A stretch of 63,807 nt of DNA, counting the filler, from Octopus bimaculoides (Eukaryota), in the NCBI RefSeq assembly GCF_001194135.2. It is 4 parts of 3 records of this genome, joined end to end, with 100 filler letters (N's around TTAATTAATTAA, not from the genome) between each part and the next. Parts side by side here need not be neighbours in the genome. Positions count along the whole stretch, not along the records: positions 30,643 to 43,659 come from NC_068989.1; positions 43,760 to 63,807 come from NC_068998.1; 2 more parts are not named here. One strand, 5' to 3'. The position numbers were made by a program, and so were the translations under genes. Position 1 is the stretch's first letter. The number at the start of each line of letters is the position of its first letter. The notes under the pieces are model-generated. The model saw only the letters and a program-made list of their open reading frames with translations, did not search any database and was not told the origin of the DNA. Below, in pieces: positions 37,326-49,984 of this stretch.

Positions 37326-37639
37326 ACATTAGTTACATTTGACGGATATTTGTCCTCCTCTTGTTTGTTGTTAACACAACGTTTCGGCTGATATACCCTC
37401 CAGCCTTCATCAGGTGTCTTGGGGAAATTTCGAACCTAGGTTCTCATTCCTAAGGTATTTTTCGAAAAATATCTTAGGAATGAGAATTATTATTATTATT
37501 GTTATTCAGGTCGCTGCCTGGAATCGAACTTGGAATCTTGGGGTTAGTGGCCCGCGCTCTTAACCACTACGCCATATGCCCGAAAGTTGTATAAACAACA
37601 AACAAGATGAGGACAAATGTCCGTCAAATGTAAATAATG
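37326..37639 (-). mobile_element. Family D unit: tRNA-like head, (AAT)n, hammerhead motif; inverted tail copy at right end
   Basis: Minus-strand head TGGCGTAGTGGTTAAG...AAGTTCGATTCC and hammerhead core. The tail recurs inverted at 37596-37639 and continues at 38064-38115. Confidence 0.85.
37373..37420 (-). ncRNA. Putative minimal type I hammerhead ribozyme
   Basis: GACAC-CUGAUGA-A-GGCUG(GAGGGUAUAU)CAGCC-GAAA-CGUU-GUGUU: 5 bp stem I, 5 bp stem II, palindromic ACGU stem III, GUU cleavage triplet. Confidence 0.6.
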
Positions 37640-38063
37640 GGTACTACTAAAGCAGAGTGGTCCAGAACGTGCAGTCGCGCGTCCGCGCTAGCTAGTTGTG
37701 AGTGGTCGATCCTACAAGTGCGTGTGCCCAAATGAATACATGTGTGCGCGCGCGCGCGTATGCAAATTAGTAAATATTTTTTTAAAACAAAGTAAATAAT
37801 TTTTTTTTTCTAAATAATGTAGATAGGTAGAAGGAATAAAAATAACGCACGACTGGAAGTTGTTGCGTACTAGTATCGAAAGATCGTAAAAAAAAAAAAA
37901 NNNNNNNNNNAGTTGTTGCGTACTAGTATCGAAAGATCGTAAAAAAAAAAACAAACAAATCGACACGTATTCATTTGCACACGCGCTGTAGGATCGACCA
38001 CTAACGACTAGCTAGCGCGGACGCGTGACTGCGCGTTCGGGACCCCTCTACTTTAGTAGTACC
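37640..38063. mobile_element. MITE with about 100 bp TIRs, Merlin-like ends
   Basis: GGTACTACTAAAG...GATCCTAC mirrored at the right end (AGTAGTACC); 8 bp TSD AAATAATG on both sides. Confidence 0.85.
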
Positions 38064-39940
38064 AAATAATGTAAATAATGTACATAATTCCGCATCTCTT
38101 AAATATAAAACTGTAAGGAAATTGCTGTCAGAAAATATACTTTACAACCCGCCAGACATGCACACACAAGGAGACAGAGATACACATATACATGCAAACA
38201 TAAAAACACACAAACACGAACACATGAATATGCAGAATACATACATACAAACGTACATACACACACACACATATATATACGCACACACATACATACATGT
38301 GTATGCGCACACACACTGACCCACACACATCCGCACAAACAAAAAGAACGCAGCTCGGATAACAGTCAAAGACTGTTGAAAGGATTGCAAGACGCAACGA
38401 AAAGTTTAGGAAAAATAAATAAGTAAATGAGTGGAAACTTTACCAGTGGATGTGTTAAATAATAAGGCACTAAAAGAGAAAGACTCTCCCCAGACACAAC
38501 AATATGTATGTATGCATGTATGTATGTACGTTTGTGTGTATGTATGTATGCCAAAGAAAAAGTAACAGACGATGGATAAATGTCAGTTCATTACAACTGT
38601 TTCTTACGCATTTTTTTACATTACATCATAGTAAAATCAAAACGTATTCATCAAATGATCCATGTAACTTCAAAACAATAGAACAATTCCTGTGCGCAGT
38701 GGGAACGCCTGTATTCGCCAGCCAAAGCTGGCCTTGAATGGAAGAAAACAGAACCATTAAAGGGGTGGAAGTGGGTTAGGAATTTAGTTAGTGAGTGGGT
38801 TGAGATGATATTTATGGCCACCAACCTAGCTAGCAGCTGGTGAGCGTGCACGTTCGAGACAATTAGGTGGTTCGTTATCAATGACTAAAGATGAAGTTTA
38901 AGTAATAATATATGTATTCTTTTTATGTTTTACACCCTGGGGTTATAGAGATGAATAGCTTGAAGTGAAGTCGCGACAAAGGAAATAGAAGCAATTAAGT
39001 ACAGATACGAAGGCAGCATACCCTTGTTTCGGATTTGAAAAGAGGCAGGGAGAAATATTCCAAATTTAGGTTAAACTAGGAGATAGTGGTTATGGAGGGG
39101 GAGGGTTTGATTTGAACTTGGATGATTCGGTCTAATAATTTTAGAATGGTAGTATCCTGTGAATGTTTTTTCCTGGTAAAGGAATATAATGTAGGAGGTT
39201 AAGTATAAATACAAATACATTGTTGGCGATATTCAAATGTGTTTGTGAGAGGAAGAAGTATGTACCTTAGAATCGTTCTTATTATAATTGTAAGTAGTGT
39301 GTACAGAAAAAGCAGGTAGTATTATAAGTGTACTACCCTTCATTTACGGTGTAGAGATAGAATAATAGAAGATACAAAACATATATCACCTGATAACAGA
39401 AAGAAGAGAGAGTACCAAATCAGATATAGTAAGCAGTTATCAAATAAATTTTTAGCTTGTTTAATGATTGTCGTGAATATTAGTTAATTTGAAGGTATAC
39501 ATAGCAATTATATAGGTTAAAAGTGGTTGTATACTACAAGCACAATAGTTGTACGTAAGTTGGTTCAGATGATATGTTTGTTCATTATCATGTGTTGCAC
39601 AAATCATAGTTACTTGTCATAAAGGTTACTTACGGACAGAACTTAGTGGAAAATCTCTCTGGAGTATACAGGCTGCAATTTTATAGTTAAGATACGATTG
39701 GATATCGCAGATCGATAATACTAGGTAAGACTAATTATAAGAGTCGTTCCTTCAGTCACCACATACTACACAAATAATGTTATCAGGGTACATAGGGTAA
39801 TTAGGGATGGAATTAATTAGAAAGTGAGAACAGAGAAGACTTGACGGAGGATGGTGGAAATCATTGGACCTTTGGTCCTACGTATGAGAAAAGTTGTGAA
39901 ACTGAGGTTAGTTAACCATTGGCTATAAACTAAGCAGAGG

Positions 39941-40480
39941 TTACGTGATGCTTTTAAAATATTGAAAGGTACAAGTTACTTCATGGATGCATGAAAGACG
40001 AAGGTCCAATTCATTATTAATTAAATTTTCACTGTTCATTCCTTTGAAAATTTCGTACAGCTCCATACAGCATAGTCTACATCCGTATCTACTGCTTGAG
40101 TATGGTTTTGCGACTCTAATTATATCCCATTTCAAATCAAATCCAATACTATTATCTTTGAGTTCCCACATTTTCATGGCTAAAGAAGTTCTGCCTGCCC
40201 CATATCTTAATTTGAAGGATGATAAATGGTTGCATTAAGCGTTGCTTCAGATTTACAGAGCAGCTTATAAAAAACATAAGTATTTGTGTCGGTCACCACA
40301 TTACACCTGTAAACTACATTTCGGCCATACATTCATCAGAAATCGGACATGATTTTCTCTCCAAAGAGTTGCATAAAGTTTTGGTCATGACACGATTGTT
40401 ATCGCGAGTGAGCCTTCCTGTAACAGTACGTCCTATAGGATCAAGGATCCGGGAGTTATTAACGTTCATATAGCTAGTAT
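39941..40480 (-). mobile_element. Penelope-like GIY-YIG endonuclease fragment
   Basis: KSCPISDECMAENVVYRCNV, then after frameshifts MWELKD...LKWDIIRVAKPYSS...CRLCCME. Confidence 0.8.
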
Positions 40481-41274
40481 TAGGGGTAATAAGATCATTA
40501 TTAAGGCACGTATCATGACTTGCTAAACGCTGAGTAGAGGAATGTGGGTTAACAGCATCACAAAGGATTATGGTGGTACTGCAGAATGGTTGCCAGCACT
40601 AATATTTGTGCACTGTTCGTTTACCGTGTTTATTGCAAGAGGCGACATGCGTTGGCTTGAATTAAGGACAGTGGAAGAAGGGTAGGAGAGGAAGTGTGTT
40701 GCAGACTGAGTTAGCTGCTGTCTGAACCATTGGTACTGCTAATATCAGTTGTAGTAAGCTGACTGATGCTATTATTATTAGAATCACTAACTGGAGGAAT
40801 CAGCTCTAAGGGGATATTAGAATGCTCAGTATAATTGTTAATTAAGTTGATGGTGTTATGATAATTATTATTATTGTGGTATCATTAGTTGGTGCAGTGC
40901 TATTACGGACATTATGACCAATGCTCTGGGCCATGTTTATGCATTTTTTTGTTTAGGCCAGCTATAATGGCGTATAGTGAAAGCTGAATAAGAAACCCTA
41001 ACATTTTTACTGGAGAACAAGCAGTTATATTTGTGACGGAGGGAAGTTCTTTAATATACTAAATAATTTACTGCATAAAGTAGTGCATATTACGTAATTG
41101 AAAGGCGAATTATACCATTCTAGACTACCCGCGACCCGTTGGGTCACTTAGAAAGTCTGAGTTTCCCAGCAACGGAGTTTTGTTTCATGCGGTTTTTTTT
41201 CCTGGTTATTTCGCACGCTTTCAACGAATATGACATCCAAATCACGCGTAAACTGCTCCTTTCCCCGGAAAAGG

Positions 41275-41393
41275 AAAGATTTGGCTGGTATTTCTTGCAC
41301 GCCTTGCTAGCAAGTAACAGGCATTTCGAGTCCTTTATCGCAGATAGCTGTTACGTGGTAGCAGGGCGTGCTAGAAATAGCAACCAAATCTTT
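41275..41393. other. Imperfect 46 bp-arm hairpin in unique sequence
   Basis: 41275-41320 vs the reverse complement of 41348-41393: 40 of 46 identical, no indels, 27 nt loop. Confidence 0.8.
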
Positions 41394-43039
41394 GGAGCTG
41401 AGATACGTTGAATGCACTCGAAAAAAATGGTACTCCCTTGGGACGATCTTTCGCTTTGACTCCCAGAACTTTCATCCGGTTTTGTTCGTTAATTTCCGTA
41501 AAATTGTTTAATTTATTTACTTTTGTTTTAAAGTGAGACAGAGGAGAAACTGAAAGACGTTTGAACGTGTATATGAAATGGACGTTTGTGTGTGCGTGAG
41601 TAAGAGAGAGAGTGTGTGTGTGTGCCACTTACACATACATGGGAATACACGATCACTCACTCTCTCTCTCTTTCTCATACACACACACACACACACACAT
41701 GCACACGTATATAAAAAAGATGTACGCATATGTATTGCTGTATGTACGTATACATGACAATACACCCCTTCACTCACTCTCTCTCTTTGTCTCTCTCTTC
41801 CCCCCACTTTCTCTTTCACACACACGTCCATTTCATATACACGTACATACATCTTTCGCTTTCTCCTCTCTTTCACTTAAAAACAAAAGTAAATAAATAA
41901 AAAAAATTTATGGAAATTAACGACTTGAAAATAATTTTAAAATAACATTAAAAAATTGTCTGTTTAAAGAAAGCTCAAATATAAATACTTACTGTACAAA
42001 CAACTTTATTGAAATCACATCCAGTTAAAGATATTTCTAAATGATTAAAATATTGTGTACGTCAAAAAGTCGACGTTTATTTTTGTTGCTTAGAGAGCAC
42101 GAGACTAAGTGTGTGTATATGTCACAGGTAACGGACGTGTGTTTGTGTTGATTGACACGCCATTATCTGTGTGTGTATTCTGACGTCACGAGTAAATACA
42201 AAAATAGTGTTTACTCGTTTTCATTAATAAACAGAGGTCCAAATGTCACAAAAATTTGTACTGCACATCTGAAGGTATGAAAATAATTATGTAAAAACAA
42301 AAAAAATTAAGATAAAATATACTATTTCTGACAAGCATTCCTAGAGTTTCAGTATTAAGATTATGTCACTTTTTTTCTCATTTTTATCCTTTGTGCCCCC
42401 TACCTTTCTTATTCTTATAATTAGTTCCGAACCTATGCCTTATACTTTTGTTATTGTTTGTGTTATTGCCGTTAACATCGCAATCCTATTTACCATTCTC
42501 TTTATTACATATCTCTCGCAAGCTTCTTCTAACATGTGGATTTGTTACTACTTGGACACCATCGCTAGCACAATCACATTTATTATTTTTACTTTATTTA
42601 CACTAATCAGGAATTTATCAGGCTTGCTAATTCCACTCCTGCAGTCTAGGAGGTTAGTATTTTTTCCTTTGTTATTTATGTGCACTTCAATATCTTGTTT
42701 GGGCAATTTGATCCTGCTAATAGGGGCACTAAAACTAGTAGGAGTCGATGTAATCCCCTCACCTGGATTTATCATACTTGCCCGGCTATGTATTATTACG
42801 TTATTGCTATCATCATTACCTTCAATGCACCTATCATTAATATTGATATTATAGTCTTTATTAGTTGTGGGATGACGTCAGCGGCTGGGGAGCTGACCGG
42901 AAGAGGAAGGGCGCGCAGGTGATGCGCGTACGGTGGGGGAAGATTGCGCCCTTTTCGATCGGGGAAGCCATGAATGCAGGACGTGTCAATGCTTCGCTAA
43001 GATGAGGGAAAACAACTGCTATTTTTAGCGTTTCAGGAC

Positions 43040-43659
43040 TGGCCATGTGGAAGGATACGTTACCACCCGACAGGTCTGCACCAATGAAGAGAAGGTAGGT
43101 GTCTTACTTCTAATCTCCCGCATTCACTACAAGCTATTTCGGCGCTCCACATAAGACGTCACCACGATGGCAGCTAAAATTAGGATCGCCAGCGACGTTA
43201 TCAGGCCCTTTAATGGTGAGGGCGATGTAGTGGCCTGGATGCGTAAAATCAGGCTTGTGGCAAGATTGCAAGGCATTAGCGACGTGGCTAGCCTTATGGC
43301 ACCATATTTGGGGCGCATTGACTCTATATCTCCTTGAGTAAGGAGAAGATTGAGCGACGTCTGAGAGAGGCTTACACCGAGTGTGAGTATACAGCCTTTG
43401 TTAAGCTAGAAACGATTAGATGGACGGGAGAGCAGGTGGATGAAGACGCGGTGGAGGTGCGTAGGCTGGCCACGCTGGCCGGGTTTACGGGACAGGGCCT
43501 GGATAGAGCAGCGCGACTGGCGTTCGTGAGTGGCACTGAGCGAACTTGTAGCTCAAGCTCGCATGTTGACGCGAAACATTGAACGGAAGGCGATAGCGAT
43601 GGCGGTAACGGAGGCGCATAATGACGGACGACGGCCGGAGAAAGACGCGAAGAAGCCTA
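43040..43659 (+). mobile_element. Gypsy LTR-retrotransposon 5' end / gag fragment, cut by gap
   Basis: From ATG 43167: MAAKIRIASDVIRPFNGEGDVVAWMRKIRLVARLQGISDVASL, then KIERRLREAYT...RRLATLAGF...RLAFVSG, a Gypsy gag pattern with deletions. Confidence 0.75.
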
Positions 43660-45189
43660 NNNNNNNNNNNNNNNNNNNNNNNNNNNNNNNNNNNNNNNNN
43701 NNNTTAATTAATTAANNNNNNNNNNNNNNNNNNNNNNNNNNNNNNNNNNNNNNNNNNNNCATCATCATCGCTATCACAATTATCACTCATCATACCATGA
43801 ATATTAATCATTTAATGCCCTGTTGCTAGGGATTACCATGATGTCTTTCCATCCTCCATCATTCTATCAACATAATTCATTCACAAATAAAAACAACAGC
43901 TACAACAACAACAACAACAACAATGAATAATAATAATAACAACAACAACAACAACAACAATAATAACAATAATAATGAACAGCAATTAAAATAGTTTCTT
44001 TACTCTCTTTGTCTCTCTCTCTCTCTTCTTCCCTGTGTCTTTATATACCATTTCTCTCTCTCTGTCCTTCTGTCTGTCTGTCTGTCTGTCTGCCTGTCTC
44101 CCTGCCTGCCTGCCTGTCTGTCTGTCTGTCTGTTTGTCTGTTTGTCTTTTTCTCATTCTGTCTTTTCAAATACAAAAAATATACACACAATAATAATAAT
44201 AATAATAATAATACTGCACTCTTTCTACTTCTCCTTATTTTCATCCCTCCTCTACCCCTCCTCTTTTCTCTCCCTCTCCATCTCTTCCCTCTCCTCTCTC
44301 TCCCTCTCCACCTCTTCTCTCCTCTCACCCTTTCACTCTCTCTCTCTCTCTCTCTTCATACATTTTCCCTTCTACTACAATGGATGCCGTAGCTTTACTC
44401 CAAGCTCGGCTTGGCTATCTTCTGCCCTTCTCACACGTTTAAACAATGGCCAAAATATTCGAACCAGCAACAGCAGTAGTGACCCTATATAACCACGACA
44501 ACAGCAACAACAACAACAAGAAGAAGAAGAAGAACACAATTATATCAAACGTATATACATATATATAAAAAAAAAAAAGAATCAAAAAGAAGCCCACACA
44601 TTTACATCACACACCACACAAACACATATATAGAAATACATACACACACACACACAAACAGCGTTTGTTGGTCGTCGTGAAGGGGAAATATACAACATCG
44701 ACAACTGTCATCTCCGACCAACTGGACCCTTCACCCCCACCCACTACCACCACCACCACCACCACCATCACCGCCATCAACAACTACTACTACCACTACT
44801 ATTATTAATACAACTACTGCTGCTGTTGTTGTTGTTGCTGCTGCTGCTGTTTGCCACCATTGGTCAGTCCCAATATAACAAACTTGACCGTCATGTTGAA
44901 AATACAGCGGGTACCATGTCCAGATATAACATTCAGGTAAAATTTGTCTAAAATATTTAAATTCATTGTTTTTCTATGCTTTTCGCTACAACCAGTGTGT
45001 CAGTTCTTGTTATTTTGTTGTCTTGGGTAGGTTCCTTCAGGTTGGGCTGTTCATGGCTCCCCATATACATACATACATACATATATACGGCACCTCTTAC
45101 TTCTTTGGAGTAGAGTGCACATATATTTTGAAACATATGTAGGAATTAAAGGAACTTATTGATTATATGTGTTTTGCTCCATTTACTAT

Positions 45190-45264
<75 letters not shown>

Positions 45265-46187
45265 TACATACATACATATATATAATATATGTGTGTGTGT
45301 GTTTGCGTGTGTGTATTCCTGTATTTACGATATATACTTGTATACAAGAATCTACAAGTGTCTAATGCTCTTATGCACTGATATCAGAAGAATTACAGAG
45401 TATAATGTATGAATGTGTGACAACTATATCATATCACAAACCCAAGGCAAAGCCTTTAGATTAGGGTATGTGGTTACCACACACACACACACACGCATTC
45501 GCTCACAAACACACTCACACACAGACACACATTCCTACATTCTCATGCATACAGACATGTAAGGGAGTCCCTTATGTGGTTATGCAACATGCTAGAAATA
45601 GCATTCAAATCTTCCTCGTGCACTGTATCATCTTACACCAAAAAAAAAACAAACAAAACAAAACAAAAAAAGTGGTCAGAATATATTGAATGATTTAGTC
45701 CAAGACAAAAAAAAAAGAAAATAATGATGGAAGAGGTATAGCAGAATAGAATGTTTGATCATAGGACCGATCAGTCTACAAACCCAAGGGATAAANNNNN
45801 NNNNNNNNNNNNNNNNNNNNNNNNNNNNNNNNNNNNNNNNNNNNNNNNNNNNNNNNNNNNNNNNNNNNNNNNNNNNNNNNNNNNNNNNNNNNNNNNNNNN
45901 NNNNNNNNNNNNNNNNNNNNNNNNNNNNNNNNNNNNNNNNNNNNNNNNNNNNNNNNNNNNNNNNNNNNNNNNNNNNNNNNNNNNNNNNNNNNNNNNNNNN
46001 NNNNNNNNNNNNNNNNNNNNNNNNNNNNNNNNNNNNNNNNNNNNNNNNNNNNNNNNNNNNNNNNNNNNNNNNNNNNNNNNNNNNNNNNNNNNNNNNNNNN
46101 NNNNNNNNNNNNNNNNNNNNNNNNNNNNNNNNNNNNNNNNNNNNNNNNNNNNNNNNNNNNNNNNNNNNNNNNNNNNNNNNNNNNNNN

Positions 46188-46188
46188 N

Positions 46189-46242
<54 letters not shown>

Positions 46243-46281
46243 CATTATTACTGCTACTACTACTACTACTACTACTACTAC

Positions 46282-46318
<37 letters not shown>

Positions 46319-46376
46319 TTTTTATTTTTTATTATTGTTATTATTAACATTATCATCATCATCATCATCATCATCA

Positions 46377-46425
<49 letters not shown>
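46188..46425. repeat. (TAT)n/(CAT)n microsatellite
   Basis: Direct reading. Confidence 0.95.
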
Positions 46426-46426
<1 letters not shown>

Positions 46427-46732
46427 AGCACTGTCACTTTGCCAAAGACTGGGTCTTGGAGTTATTTTATACAACATTCTTGGCAATAATTTCTGTTATG
46501 TTTTATCTGGCAGAATATGAGAGTTGTCAACTGTCATTCCACTTCCCATGCAAGAAAATATACAAATTTATCAGTCTATACACACACATACACATACATG
46601 CACACGCGCACGCACACACGCTCATACACACATACATGAATATAATATGTATATAATATTGTGTTATGTAGACATATTTATATGTACATATGTGCAAATA
46701 CATAATTATATATGCATGTATGTATATATGTG

Positions 46733-46823
<91 letters not shown>

Positions 46824-47073
46824 GTATGTATGTGTGTAAGTGGGTGTAGATGTGCATATGTGTATATTAGTTGTTAGTTCTTACGATTCAATGCAGGAGA
46901 TATATGTAAAATTGTTTTGTTTTTTTTGAGTTGATCATCATCATCATCATCATCAGTGGCAGCATCGGCGTCAGCATTGGCGTCATCATCATCATCATCA
47001 TCATCCTCATCATCATCATTACCATGGCCATCCCATTCACCATCACCATAACTTATTATTATTATTACTATTA

Positions 47074-47126
<53 letters not shown>

Positions 47127-47128
<2 letters not shown>

Positions 47129-47231
47129 GGTGCAGTGAGCACTGGACTAGAGGCATTGTGTGGTATTTAGTTACGTCCCTTTATGTTCCCGAGTCGACTC
47201 AACCGCAGTGTGATCTTATTGACTTACTCTA
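47127..47231 (+). mobile_element. Family C SINE head, degenerate
   Basis: AAGGTGCAGTGAGC...TTATGTTCCCGAGTC, similar to the family C head. Confidence 0.5.
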
Positions 47232-47987
47232 NNNNNNNNNNNNNNNNNNNNNNNNNNNNNNNNNNNNNNNNNNNNNNNNNNNNNNNNNNNNNNNNNNNNN
47301 NNNNNNNNNNNNNNNNNNNNNNNNNNNNNNNNNNNNNNNNNNNNNNNNNNNNNNNNNNNNNNNNNNNNNNNNNNNNNNNNNNNNNNNNNNNNNNNNNNNN
47401 NNNNNNNNNNNNNNNNNNNNNNNNNNNNNNNNNNNNNNNNNNNNNNNNNNNNNNNNNNNNNNNNNNNNNNNNNNNNNNNNNNNNNNNNNNNNNNNNNNNN
47501 NNNNNNNNNNNNNNNNNNNNNNNNNNNNNNNNNNNNNNNNNNNNNNNNNNNNNNNNNNNNNNNNNNNNNNNNNNNNNNNNNNNNNNNNNNNNNNNNNNNN
47601 NNNNNNNNNNNNNNNNNNNNNNNNNNNNNNNNNNNNNNNNNNNNNNNNNNNNNNNNNNNNNNNNNNNNNNNNNNNNNNNNNNNNNNNNNNNNNNNNNNNN
47701 NNNNNNNNNNNNNNNNNNNNNNNNNNNNNNNNNNNNNNNNNNNNNNNNNNNNNNNNNNNNNNNNNNNNNNNNNNNNNNNNNNNNNNNNNNNNNNNNNNNN
47801 NNNNNNNNNNNNNNNNNNNNNNNNNNNNNNNNNNNNNNNNNNNNNNNNNNNNNNNNNNNNNNNNNNNNNNNNNNNNNNNNNNNNNNNNNNNNNNNNNNNN
47901 NNNNNNNNNNNNNNNNNNNNNNNNNNNNNNNNNNNNNNNNNNNNNNNNNNNNNNNNNNNNNNNNNNNNNNNNNNNNNNNNNNNNNNN

Positions 47988-48031
<44 letters not shown>

Positions 48032-48289
48032 GTATATATATGTGTGCGTGTTTATATATATGTATATGTGTGTGTGTATATGTATGTATATATTATGTGT
48101 GTATATATCATCATCATCATCATCATCGTTTAACGTCATACATGTATATGTGTGTATGTATTTCAATATATTGGTTAGATATTGTGTGACTAATAACCTG
48201 GTGTAGAACTCAATATATGTATGTTTCAGAACAAAACGTTAAATGATATATCTATATCTACATCTGTCTGTGTGTCTGGCTGTGTGTGT

Positions 48290-48363
<74 letters not shown>

Positions 48364-48837
48364 GTATCTATCTACCTATCTATCTATCTATCTATCTATC
48401 TATGCGTGTGTGTATATATATATTATGTGTGTCCTAGATTTTTAGATTGGGTACATCACATCCATCCCTAAGTGTCATAAGAAGCAACTGGAAAGATTTG
48501 CAACAGGAAGAATGTCTGTCCATAAAACACTGCCTGAAAATGTCTCATGCCATGCTGGTAAGCATGAAATGGTGTTAAAATGATGACAACGATAATGACA
48601 TTGATATATATAATATATATATATTTGTATACACACACATGTACATATGTATACATTCATATATATATACATGTACAAATGTATATATGTGTGTGTACAC
48701 ATATACATGAGCATATACAAATGTCATTTTGTTTCCATTCACATATATTTTATAGTATCGTAAACAGAGGTGGGATGAGACAGAGAGAGAGTGAGAAACA
48801 TCGTTAACATTAGTATTATAATTATTACTATTACTAA

Positions 48838-48985
48838 TATGGCGGTAGCATTGCAGAACTGGTCGAACACAAGTCAGAATGTCATGTGTTAGTGAGTTAT
48901 GTCCCTTCTTCATTATGAGTTCAAATCCTGCTTGATTTGACTTGGCTAGTCATCTTTCCATAATTGATAAAACAATACCCAGTAA
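48838..48985 (+). mobile_element. Family C SINE, degenerate
   Basis: GGCGG...GAGTTCAAATCC...TCATCTTTCC...GATAAA. Confidence 0.6.
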
Positions 48986-48999
48986 TCATGTATAAATAA

Positions 49000-49030
<31 letters not shown>

Positions 49031-49324
49031 CGAGTGAATTCATTTCAATGTATCTTTTCCCTACACTACATGAATGTAAGTGATTGGTGTGTTCTAACTT
49101 GACCTCATGGGGAAATAATTTTTTTTGTTTTTGTTTTTGGGTATATTACAATAAAGTAGTAAACTAGGAGAGTCATTAGATAATCGGACAAACTGCCATG
49201 AAATATTTCTTACAGATCTTTGTGTTTTGAGTTCAAATCCCACTATTGCCAACCTTTGCTTTTTGTCCTTTTGGGGTTTGATAAAATAAAGTACCAATCA
49301 AATACTGAGGTTGATATAACTGAG

Positions 49325-49490
49325 TACATCATCATCATCATAATTTAACATCTGCTTTCCATGCTGGCATGGGTTGGACAGTTTGACAGGAGCTGGCAGG
49401 GCAGAAGACTGCACCAGGTTTCTGAGTCTGTTTTGGCATGATTTTTTTGGCTGGATGCCCTTCCTAACACCAACCACCCAATAAAGTGGA
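49325..49490 (-). repeat. Family F repeat
   Basis: (CAT)n TTTAACATCTGCTTTCCATGCTGGCATGGGTTGGAC...CTGGATGCCCTTCCTAAC. Confidence 0.7.
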
Positions 49491-49574
49491 CTACTTCAAA
49501 ATTTCTGGCCTTGTACCTAAGCTAGAAACAATAATTGTTATTATTATTATTATTATTATCATTATTATTATTAT

Positions 49575-49790
49575 GGTGAATTGTCAGACTCATTAGAGAG
49601 TTGGACAAAATGCTTTGTGATATTTAGTTATGACCCTTTATGTTCTGAGTTCAAATCCTCTTGAGGTCAACTGGTCAACTTTGCCATTCATCTTTGGTCA
49701 GCAGCATTAAATACCAGGCAAATACTGTGGTCTGCTTAATCAACTAACCCCTTCCTACCCAAAATTTCAGGCTTTGAGGTTTATGTCAGA
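49575..49790 (+). mobile_element. Family C SINE
   Basis: TATGTTCTGAGTTCAAATCC B box, AAATTTCAGGC tail. Confidence 0.65.
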
Positions 49791-49984
49791 AATATTTATT
49801 ATTGTTTATTTTTATTGCAGGTATTACTGGGTGTTGCCATGTGCATCTTGGCTACATTCAGTGTTTTGTTTAAGTGTTTTTCTGCTGTTATGAGAGGATT
49901 TCATGTAGTACATTTGCAGTACCTAGTAATGCTATTTTATGAATGTTATATATGTCTTGGAGTTTTGGTTATATATAACCATTC

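Noticed and set aside
42363-42854. 163 aa very hydrophobic ORF, considered as a membrane protein or NUMT
   Set aside because: No mitochondrial ND or other family motif recognised; best explained as the antisense shadow of an AAT-rich minus-strand tract. A blast search would settle it.
15501-43715. Isolated TTAATTAATTAA inside N runs at 15501, 30587 and 43704
   Set aside because: Each sits between about 44 Ns per side, making a 100 bp spacer with stops in all six frames; this is an assembly linker, not biology.
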